A stretch of DNA of 64,000 nt from Candidatus Latescibacterota bacterium (lineage in GTDB: Bacteria > Latescibacterota > UBA2968 > UBA8231): NCBI GenBank assembly GCA_965204725.1, contig OZ242005.1:5248001-5312000 (forward strand), read 5' to 3'. The notes beneath the pieces were generated by a model. The model was not told where the DNA came from and did no database searches. It saw nothing but the letters and a program-made list of their open reading frames with translations. Positions within the stretch are counted from its first letter, which is position 1. The number at the start of each line of letters is the position of its first letter. Positions 56,236 through 64,000 of this stretch are shown here, piece by piece. Position numbers and translations under genes: made by a program.

Positions 56236-57696
56236 TTGAGCGGGGTCGTGCTCCTGTTCCTTTTGCTCGCTTGGGGCTGCGCCCGCGACGATCCCCGGCT
56301 AGCCGAGGGCCAGCAGCACTTCTACAACCGAGATTACCAAGCCGCGATTGCGGTCTTACAGCAAATCGTCCAAGGCCCGTCCCCCTCGCCAGCGGCCTAT
56401 CGCTATCTAGGGCGTTGCTACCTCCAAATTGGCCAGTACGACCAAGCGCGGGAAACAGCGCATGCCGGCCTAGCCCACGCTCCCAGCGATCCCGAGCTCT
56501 ACGATCTACTCGGGGCCATCGAGATGACCCGCGCATTCGCCGAGGCCCGGTACAGCGAGACCCATGCCGCCCTATCGGCCTTCCAACGGGCCATTGAACT
56601 CGACCCACACCGTGCCACCACCCACTACAACCTCGGCCTCGTGCATAGCTACCGCGACAGCACCCACCACGCCGAGCGCGCTTGGCTAGCCGCCTTGCAG
56701 GTGGATTCCACGCTCGCGCCCGCCCATAAGAAGCTGGGCCTGTACTACCGACGCCAAGGCGCATTAGACCAAGCCCTGAGTCACCTGCAACGCGCCGTGC
56801 AGTACGCGCCTGAAGACGCCGAAGCGCATTTCCATCTCGGCTTGCAGCACCGCGCTCGCGGGCACTACGACCAAGCTGTGGTCGCCCTAGAGCGGGCCGC
56901 GGCGCTCAACCCCTATTCGCCCCAAGTTCACTTCAATCTGTCTCAACTCTACTTGCGCCTCGGCCAGCGCGAGCGGGGAGAAAAAGCCCTCGCGAACTCG
57001 GAAATCCTCCGCCAGCACCAGCGGGGGATCGGCTCGGAGCAATCCCTGCCCGATGTGAGCGCGGTGGCCATTGGCTCGGCTACGGCCCGCTACAACCTCG
57101 CTTTGCACCTCTCCTTGCAGGGCCAATACGACCAAGCCATTCTCGAATATCAAAACGCCCTCGCGATCAACCCCAAGCTAAAAGACGCGCACAGCAGCCT
57201 AGGCGTCCTGTTCACCTATCAGGGCGATTTAGCCGCGGCGGCCGAGCATTTTCGCCAAGCCCTCGCCCTCGACGGCGAAGACCCGCTCAGCCACGCTCGG
57301 CTGGGGATGGTTCTCCTCAAGCAGCAACGCTATGCAGCGGCTCGGGCCAGCCTGCGGCGCGCGGCCGCCCTCGATTCTAGCTTGCACGAGGCGGCCCACG
57401 GGCTCGGCTTGACCGCGGCCCGCACGGGCGATTTGGCAGGGGCCATCGCCCACTTTGCCGAGGCCGCCCGACTCAGCCCCACGAGCGCACTAGCCCACTT
57501 AAACTTAGGGGTGGCCTACGCGAAATCGGCCCACTTTGCCGAGGCCGCCCGCGCGTATTCCCGCGCCGTTGAACTGGACCCCGCCAATGAACGCGCCCAT
57601 CGCTACCTCAGCGACGCGTACCGGGAGTTGGGCCACCGGGAAAAAAGCCGCGCCCACCGCGAAAAGGCGCGGCAGCTAGCGTCAAAGGCCCCCTAG
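56236..57696 (+). CDS. TPR-repeat lipoprotein
   Basis: Lipobox-like AWGC; repeated A..NLG / AI.L.P 34-aa units. Confidence 0.88.
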   Translation: MSGVVLLFLLLAWGCARDDPRLAEGQQHFYNRDYQAAIAVLQQIVQGPSPSPAAYRYLGRCYLQIGQYDQARETAHAGLAHAPSDPELYDLLGAIEMTRAFAEARYSETHAALSAFQRAIELDPHRATTHYNLGLVHSYRDSTHHAERAWLAALQVDSTLAPAHKKLGLYYRRQGALDQALSHLQRAVQYAPEDAEAHFHLGLQHRARGHYDQAVVALERAAALNPYSPQVHFNLSQLYLRLGQRERGEKALANSEILRQHQRGIGSEQSLPDVSAVAIGSATARYNLALHLSLQGQYDQAILEYQNALAINPKLKDAHSSLGVLFTYQGDLAAAAEHFRQALALDGEDPLSHARLGMVLLKQQRYAAARASLRRAAALDSSLHEAAHGLGLTAARTGDLAGAIAHFAEAARLSPTSALAHLNLGVAYAKSAHFAEAARAYSRAVELDPANERAHRYLSDAYRELGHREKSRAHREKARQLASKAP

Positions 57697-57700
57697 CCCC

Positions 57701-59596
57701 GTGCCACGCATCCTCTACTCGGCGGCCTGCTGCCTCGCGGTGGCCCTGCCATCGCACGCGCTGACCATCTATCGCATCGGCGGGGCCGACCTGCCCAAAC
57801 CGGCGTTGGAAGCCGAGTACGAGTTCGTGCAACTGTCTTGGGAAGCGGTCGATCCCCAGCAGCACGGCCAAGCCCAATGGGTCGCGCTAGAGCCAGAGCG
57901 CATCGGCCCGTTGTTGCTAACCCCCTCGGTCAACCTAGCACCGCTGTTGGAATCCCTCGGGGGCCGCATCCTCGTCCTAGAGTGGAACGGCTGGCGGCAG
58001 TGGTACGAAGACGACATCCTGATCTTCGACGGCGACCCAGAAACCGCGTACCTAGGGGATGGGCGCTATCTCCGCGTGGCTGGCTACGGCCCCCAGCACA
58101 AGTACTGGGTCTTCGATTTTGGCGGGCGGTTTTTCGTCGATCGCGTGCGCTTTTATCCGCGCCCGCGCTTTGCGGACACCCGCTTTGTCGAGCGCTTCAT
58201 CTTGGGGACCAGCGATGGCGATCCCCTCGCCGACGGCACCCGCGAGTACGAGGTTAGCTGGCGCAACAGCACCCTCGACTTCGACATCGTCCACCGCATC
58301 CGCGAGAACACCCAAGCCGTCATGGAACTGGCCCTGCCCGACGAACCCATCCAGCAGGTGTTCATCGAGCTGCCCGAAAACAATCGCGGGATCTGGGAAA
58401 TCGCCGAATTCGAGATCTACGGGGCCGGCCCGGCCGCCTTCTCTCGCTATACCTCCAACCTCATCGACTTGGGGCAACCGGCCGCCTTGGGTGCCTTGAC
58501 TTGGGGCGGCCAGCTCGACGCGGAGGCCCGCATCGAGCTGAGTGTCCGCACGGGTGACGACGACGACCCCAACACCTATTGGCGGCGCACGTTTCGCGGC
58601 AGCGAGCGGACCCGCTTCGACGCGGCCGGCCAACCGCTCACCCTGCAAACCTACAACCAGCTACAACGGGGCGAGCAGGCCGGCTTCACCCCAGACGTCG
58701 AGGACTGGAACTTCTGGAGCGCACCCTTTGCCTTTGCCGCCGGTCGCGGGGTCATACCGGGCGATCGGCTGCGCCGCTACGCGCAATTTAGGGCCGAATT
58801 CCACTCGACCGCCGAGGCGACCGGCCATCTGGCGTACTTGCAGTTCAGCGCGTCCATCCCACCGCTGGCCTCCCAAGCCTTCGGGCACATCCACCCGCTG
58901 CGAGCACCGGTCCTAACCCCGACCCTCTTTACCTTTTATCTAGAGCCCCACATCGCAGCCGACGACCTCGGGTTTGACCACTTAGCCATCGCCACCACCG
59001 CCCAAGTGCAGGCTGTGGAAGCCGTGCGGATCGGCGGGATAGACGTTGCCCATATCGTTCAGCACACGGCCGAGGGGTTTGAAATGGCCTTGCCGCGCAT
59101 GGATCAGCAGCGGACCGGCGAGCAGGTCGAGGTCGATTTTTGGGCCGAGGTCTTCGCGTACAACACCCACTTTGCCGGGCGAATCCGCGACAGCACGCGC
59201 CCGTTTGAAGTGGCTCAGCCCGTGTCCCCGCAAACGACCAACAGCTTACAGGTGGCCTTGCTCAGCCTCGACCAGCCGCTCATCGGCCGCCTCGCCCTGC
59301 ATCCGCCGGCCTTCACCCCCAACGGCGACGGTCGCAACGACGCCGTGCAGATCGAATACGACCTTCTGTATTTAGTGGATGCAACGCGCGTGGAACTCGC
59401 CGTCTTCAACCTCGCCGGCCGCGCGGTGGGCGTCATCTACGACGGGCTTGCCACCAGCGGTCGCTTTGCCGTCGAATGGGACGGCCGCACTCTTAGCGGG
59501 GACCTCGTGCCGCCGGGGTCGTACCTCGTCCGCCTCACCGCAGCAATCGGCCGCGGCCAGCAGCGACGCCAAAGCCTCGTGTCGGTCGTCTATTGA
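57701..59596 (+). CDS. Secreted discoidin plus FlgD-Ig/CTD protein (LTIYRIGG subfamily)
   Basis: LTIYRIGG, FDGD, FDFGG.FFVDRVRFYPR, WEIAEFEIYG, FTPNGDGRND; ends SVVY. Confidence 0.72.
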   Translation: MPRILYSAACCLAVALPSHALTIYRIGGADLPKPALEAEYEFVQLSWEAVDPQQHGQAQWVALEPERIGPLLLTPSVNLAPLLESLGGRILVLEWNGWRQWYEDDILIFDGDPETAYLGDGRYLRVAGYGPQHKYWVFDFGGRFFVDRVRFYPRPRFADTRFVERFILGTSDGDPLADGTREYEVSWRNSTLDFDIVHRIRENTQAVMELALPDEPIQQVFIELPENNRGIWEIAEFEIYGAGPAAFSRYTSNLIDLGQPAALGALTWGGQLDAEARIELSVRTGDDDDPNTYWRRTFRGSERTRFDAAGQPLTLQTYNQLQRGEQAGFTPDVEDWNFWSAPFAFAAGRGVIPGDRLRRYAQFRAEFHSTAEATGHLAYLQFSASIPPLASQAFGHIHPLRAPVLTPTLFTFYLEPHIAADDLGFDHLAIATTAQVQAVEAVRIGGIDVAHIVQHTAEGFEMALPRMDQQRTGEQVEVDFWAEVFAYNTHFAGRIRDSTRPFEVAQPVSPQTTNSLQVALLSLDQPLIGRLALHPPAFTPNGDGRNDAVQIEYDLLYLVDATRVELAVFNLAGRAVGVIYDGLATSGRFAVEWDGRTLSGDLVPPGSYLVRLTAAIGRGQQRRQSLVSVVY

Positions 59597-61218
59597 CGCG
59601 GCTCCACGACGGTCAGCACCTGATCGGCGGCCAGATCGCTCAGCACCTGAACCACCCCGCTGGGCCAGCGCACTTCGAGCCGCTCGACGCGCTCGGCCCT
59701 GCCCAAGCCAAAGTGTAGCCGCAGATCGCTGTGGGACAAATAGCTCCCCCCGCTCTGCACCTCGGCATGCTGGCTCCGCCCGCCCGCACTGAGGATCACC
59801 CTCGCCCCAATCCCGTCGCGGTTGCTCGCCGTGCCCACCAAGCGCACCAGCAGGTAGCGGCCGGAGTCGGAGTCGTTGTGCAACAGAGTGGGCGGGCCGT
59901 TGAGATTGAGGATGAATAGGTCGATGTCGCCATCGCCATCGTAGTCGGCGAAACTCGTCCCGCGACTGACGCGGCTCAAGGCAAAGCCTGGGCCAGCGGC
60001 CGCCGACACCTCCACCAAGTGCCCGTCCCGGTTCTCAAACAGCGAGTTGGTTTGTTCGTAGCTGGAGTTGACCCGGGGCAGGTCGGCCTGTGGATAGGTG
60101 TGGCCGTTGGCGACGAAAAGATCGCGGTCGCCATCGTTGTCGTAGTCGAAAAAGCCCGTGCCCCACGAGACCAATTCGGCCGGGGCCGCTCCGATCCCCG
60201 CCGCAAAAGACACGTCGGCAAAAAAGCCCCCGCCCTCATTCCTATACAGCGCGTTGTACTCGTCGGCAAAATTGGTGGCGAAGAGGTCAAAGAGGCCGTC
60301 GTTGTCGTAATCGCCCCAAGCGGCCCCCATGCACCCTTGCGCCACCCCTTCCCCGCTGTACGCCACACCCGCCACGAGGCCCTCCGCCGCAAAGCGCCCG
60401 TCTTGGCGATTGCGAAAGAGCAGATTGGGCGTGGAGTCGTTGGCCACGAACAGATCGGGCCAGCCATCGTCGTCGTAGTCGCCGAACAGGGCACTCATGC
60501 CGTAGAACGCCTCGCCCTGTAAGCCGGCCTCTTTTCCGTACTCCGCAAAGGTGCCATCGCCCTCGTTGCGGTAAAACACATCCGCGGCCGGCAACAGGCC
60601 CACCGGCCCGCAGTACACCTTCACGTTCTTCCACAAGCAGGGTATCGGCGACTCGTAGTCCAAGGAGAAATCCACGTAATTGGCCACGTACAAATCTACG
60701 TCGCCATCGCGGTCGTAATCCCCAAAGCTCGCACCCGTGCCCCATCCGGTATCGCCCACGCCGGCCGCGACCGTCGCATCGGCAAAGCGGCCCGCGCCGC
60801 GGTTGCGATACAGGGTGTTGCGGCCAAAGTTGGTCACGTAGAGGTCGGTGTGGCCGTCGTTGTCGTAATCGGCGGCCGCGCATCCCATCGACCAGCTCGT
60901 ATCGCCCACGCCGGCTGCGGTCGTCACCTCGACAAAGCGGCCGCGGTCGTTGCGGTAGAGCAGATTGGCCGGATGCTCGCCAGCGGCAAAGCCGGCAAAG
61001 GAAGAGCCGTTAGTCACGTACAAATCCACGTCGCCATCGCGGTCGTAATCGAAAAAGGCGGCCCCGCCCATCATCCCCTCGACTATGTAGCTTTGGTCGG
61101 TCCCCGAGACATTGGGCTCCGTCAGGCCAGCGACCGCCGCCTGATCGACGAATTGCGCGGCGAGCGGCTCGCTCCACCCGCTAACGGCCCCCACGAGACC
61201 CAGCAGCAACGCCCCCAC
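59590..61218 (-). CDS. CRTAC1-family protein (FG-GAP/VCBS repeats plus ASPIC/UnbV)
   Basis: Repeated DYDxDGxxDLYV.N, NRDGIGARV, GGSYLS..D.RLHFGLG, VRWPSG; GTG 61218 overlaps upstream TAG. Confidence 0.9.
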   Translation of the reverse strand: MGALLLGLVGAVSGWSEPLAAQFVDQAAVAGLTEPNVSGTDQSYIVEGMMGGAAFFDYDRDGDVDLYVTNGSSFAGFAAGEHPANLLYRNDRGRFVEVTTAAGVGDTSWSMGCAAADYDNDGHTDLYVTNFGRNTLYRNRGAGRFADATVAAGVGDTGWGTGASFGDYDRDGDVDLYVANYVDFSLDYESPIPCLWKNVKVYCGPVGLLPAADVFYRNEGDGTFAEYGKEAGLQGEAFYGMSALFGDYDDDGWPDLFVANDSTPNLLFRNRQDGRFAAEGLVAGVAYSGEGVAQGCMGAAWGDYDNDGLFDLFATNFADEYNALYRNEGGGFFADVSFAAGIGAAPAELVSWGTGFFDYDNDGDRDLFVANGHTYPQADLPRVNSSYEQTNSLFENRDGHLVEVSAAAGPGFALSRVSRGTSFADYDGDGDIDLFILNLNGPPTLLHNDSDSGRYLLVRLVGTASNRDGIGARVILSAGGRSQHAEVQSGGSYLSHSDLRLHFGLGRAERVERLEVRWPSGVVQVLSDLAADQVLTVVEPRQ

Positions 61219-63038
61219 TATTCCTGCTCCACGACCAATACCCGATCGACCAACGTGCGGTGCCGCTCTTGCACGCTGCCATCGGGCCACGTGATCTCAA
61301 TCCGCTCCACGAGCGCGCAATCGCCCAAGCCAAAGTGCAATCGGCCATCGCTCGCCGACAGATAGGTGCCCCCGCCAATCCGCTGGCGCGTTTGTACTGT
61401 GCCGCCGCAGAATACCCGCACCCGCGCCCCCACCGCGTCGCGATTGGCCCGCGTCCCCACCAGTTGCAGGGACAACCAGTTATGGGCCGCCCGCAGGTCG
61501 TTGCGGTACAGCCGCGCCGCGGCATTGACGTTGGTCACCAGCGCGTCCAAGTCGCCGTCGTTGTCGTAATCGCCATAAGCGGCCCCGCGCGACACTGCGG
61601 CCAGCTCAAAGGCCGGGCCGCTACGGGCCGACACGTCGGCAAAGGCACCATGGCCATCGTTGGCGAAAAGCTGGTTGGGCTGGGCGTAGCTCAACGCGGA
61701 GTCCTGCAAGGCAATGCGGTCGAGGACATGGCCGTTGGCTACGAACAAATCTACGTCGGCGTCGTTGTCGGCATCGGCAAAAAACGCACCAAATCCCAGC
61801 GGCAGTAAGGTCGCGCCCTGTAGGCCAGCGGCCTCGGTCGCATCGACAAAGCGGCCGCCGCCCTCGTTGCGGTACAGGGTGTTGCTCTCGCGGGAAAAGT
61901 TGGTCACTAACAGGTCGGCATCGCCATCGGCATCGCCGTCGCCGACCGCAATCCCCATGCCGGCCTCGGCTTGGCCGGCGTCGTTGTACGCGGCCCCAGC
62001 CGCCAACCCGGCCTCAGCAAACGTGCCGTCGCCGCGGTTGCGATAGAAAAAATTGCGCGTACCGTCGTTGGCCACATACACATCGAGATAGCCATCGGAG
62101 TCAAAATCAGCGGCCGCGACCCCTAGCCCCTTGCCAAAAGGACTGAAGACCCCGCTGGCCCGCGCCACTTCGGAGAAATGCCCGTCCCCCTCGTTGCGAA
62201 AGAGTGCGTCGGGCGCGCCGTTGTAGCGCCTCGGGCTGCAATAGGTCCGCTGGCCGGCCGGAACGCGCAAGGTGGCCCCGGCGCTGGCGACCGCGCCGCC
62301 GCACAAGCGGTTGGTGCCCGGCGTCAAGTCGAGGTAATTCGTCACGTAGAGATCGAGATCGCCGTCGTTGTCGCAGTCGAAAAAGGCCGCGCTCGTACTC
62401 CAGTGGGGGTCGGCCACGCCAGCCGCCTGCGCCCGCTCGGCAAAGGTTCCGTCCTCCTGATTCCGATAGAAGGCATTGCGGCCATAGTTGGTCACGTAGA
62501 GATCGGCGCGACCGTCGTTGTCGTAATCGCCGACCGCGCACCCCATGCCGTAGCCCAAATCGCCGGTCGCGGTTTGCGCGGTGACCTCGCGGAAGGTGCC
62601 GCCCGCATTCTGGTAAAGGCGATTTTGCGTCTGGCCCAAGCCGGGCGCTTGACGCCACGCCAGCACCAGAGTATCCACTCGGCCGTCGTAGCGCAGGGGC
62701 GGCCGGAAATCCTCAACGACCCAAGTGCCCGCTGAATCGCCAGCCACGAGATTGATCGGCGTCAAATGCTCCCGCCACGGCGACAGGTCGAAGCCATCCA
62801 CTAGATAGACATCCAGCCAGCCATCGTTGTCCCAGTCGAAAAAGGCCGCGCCGGCCCCCATCGTCTCAATCAGGAAGTAATCGCCGCTGGCGCCGCTGGT
62901 GTGGCGGAAATCCAGCCCGACCTCGGCCGCCACCTCAACGAAAAAGGCCGCGGGCTCGGGCGCAGCACAGCCGCAGCACAGGAGGGAAAAAACCAAGATC
63001 GGGAGCAAAGTGGATGGATAAGGGGCGTAGCTATTCAC
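61218..63038 (-). CDS. CRTAC1-family protein (FG-GAP/VCBS repeats plus ASPIC/UnbV)
   Basis: ETMGAG, repeated DxDNDG..D, NRDAVGARV, GGTYLS..D.RLHFGLG, ITWPDG. Confidence 0.9.
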   Translation of the reverse strand: MNSYAPYPSTLLPILVFSLLCCGCAAPEPAAFFVEVAAEVGLDFRHTSGASGDYFLIETMGAGAAFFDWDNDGWLDVYLVDGFDLSPWREHLTPINLVAGDSAGTWVVEDFRPPLRYDGRVDTLVLAWRQAPGLGQTQNRLYQNAGGTFREVTAQTATGDLGYGMGCAVGDYDNDGRADLYVTNYGRNAFYRNQEDGTFAERAQAAGVADPHWSTSAAFFDCDNDGDLDLYVTNYLDLTPGTNRLCGGAVASAGATLRVPAGQRTYCSPRRYNGAPDALFRNEGDGHFSEVARASGVFSPFGKGLGVAAADFDSDGYLDVYVANDGTRNFFYRNRGDGTFAEAGLAAGAAYNDAGQAEAGMGIAVGDGDADGDADLLVTNFSRESNTLYRNEGGGRFVDATEAAGLQGATLLPLGFGAFFADADNDADVDLFVANGHVLDRIALQDSALSYAQPNQLFANDGHGAFADVSARSGPAFELAAVSRGAAYGDYDNDGDLDALVTNVNAAARLYRNDLRAAHNWLSLQLVGTRANRDAVGARVRVFCGGTVQTRQRIGGGTYLSASDGRLHFGLGDCALVERIEITWPDGSVQERHRTLVDRVLVVEQE

Positions 63039-63163
63039 CGCAAAAAAATAAGCCCTACCCCAAGTGCGCGACAGTAAAATGGGTTCATATTGTTGGGCGT
63101 AATCCAGTCGATACGGTGGCGCGTAAGGGTAGATTACGGTACAAGGCGGCGCGGTCCTAGCCG

Positions 63164-64000
63164 CTACCGGCTAGCGTAAGGATCGGCTGCGTCCCGCATC
63201 CCATCGCCGACCACGTTGAAGGCCAAGACCGCGACGACCACGAAAAGCCCGGGCAGCAACAGCCACGGCGCCATAGCCACGGCCTGAAAATTTTGCGCCT
63301 TTTGCAGCAACACGCCCCAGCTAACTACGGGAGCCCGCAGCCCAATCCCCAAAAAACTCAGCGCGGTCTCGCCGAGAATCATGCCGGGAACCGCGAGGGT
63401 GGCCGACGTAATCACGTGGCTGAGGAACGACGGCAGCAGGTGCTTGAAAATGATTTTCAACTCGCTGGTCCCCGATAGGCGGGCGGCGACCACAAAATCC
63501 TCGTCGCGCAACGACAGAAAGCGACCGCGCACCACCCGTGCTAACCCGGTCCAGCCCATCAGCGAGAGAATGATGGTGACGCCAAAGTAAATCCGCAGCG
63601 GCGGCCAATGCGCTGGCAGCGCCGCGCTCAATGCCATCCACAGCGGCAGTTGCGGCACGGCCATCAGGACCTCGATCATGCGCTGCACCACCACATCGAC
63701 CCAGCCGCTGTAATAACCAGCCAAGCCTCCCAGCAGGATGCCGATGAGGAAGGTCAAGGCCACGCCGATCAGCCCAATGGTCAGCGAAATGCGCGCCCCA
63801 TATATGATTCGGCTGAAGAGATCGCGGCCCAAGTCGTCGGTGCCAAAGAGGAACAACGGCCCGCTGCCCGCGCCGAACAGGTGCAAGTCCGCGGCAAAAA
63901 GCCCCCAAAATTCGTAGGCCGGGCCGCGCACAAAAAAGCGGATGGGATACACGGCCTCGGTATCGACCAGATACTCGCGCTGCCACGGGCCGGCGGTCGA
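63164..64000 (-). CDS. Peptide ABC permease (OppC/DppC-like), 5' end outside the window
   Basis: FGTDDLGRDLFSR, EDFVVAARLSG, HLLP, ETALSFLG, GDGMRDAADPY. Confidence 0.93.
   Translation of the reverse strand, partial: STAGPWQREYLVDTEAVYPIRFFVRGPAYEFWGLFAADLHLFGAGSGPLFLFGTDDLGRDLFSRIIYGARISLTIGLIGVALTFLIGILLGGLAGYYSGWVDVVVQRMIEVLMAVPQLPLWMALSAALPAHWPPLRIYFGVTIILSLMGWTGLARVVRGRFLSLRDEDFVVAARLSGTSELKIIFKHLLPSFLSHVITSATLAVPGMILGETALSFLGIGLRAPVVSWGVLLQKAQNFQAVAMAPWLLLPGLFVVVAVLAFNVVGDGMRDAADPYASR

Noticed and set aside
34977-59596. Flagellar hook-capping gene flgD
   Set aside because: Only the Ig-like C-terminal domain is shared; proteins have Sec signals and no flagellar genes are nearby.

Overview
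GC-rich bacterial window; the gene content (PhyH, mandelate racemase, Gfo/Idh/MocA, CRTAC1/ASPIC-UnbV, many FlgD/'FSPNGDG' C-terminal-domain proteins, a 'SWGxIK' tail) resembles Latescibacterota/Poribacteria-type marine or sponge-associated bacteria (inference only). Left to right: bioF-bioH-like-bioC-bioD-bioA operon divergent from panB and an alanine/glycine:cation symporter; a tandem pair of GT-C-like membrane proteins; aminotransferase and methyltransferase; an Opp/Dpp ABC operon with a duplicated binding protein; catabolic enzymes; a probable selenocysteine (UGA plus SECIS-like hairpin) AhpC-like gene; a broken sugar ABC operon interrupted by a coupled two-gene cassette (1714-aa tandem STAND NTPase plus 431-aa degenerate NTPase-HEPN protein, candidate new anti-phage system); and a ~29 kb cluster of exported proteins (six discoidin plus FlgD/CTD paralogues ending in Tyr, two large acidic putative beta-barrel proteins, PPIase, TPR proteins, two CRTAC1 propellers, two CBM9/DOMON-like proteins) that looks like an undescribed cell-surface system. 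No rRNA, tRNA, CRISPR array or transposase was recognised. All calls come from reading motifs by eye; no searches were run.
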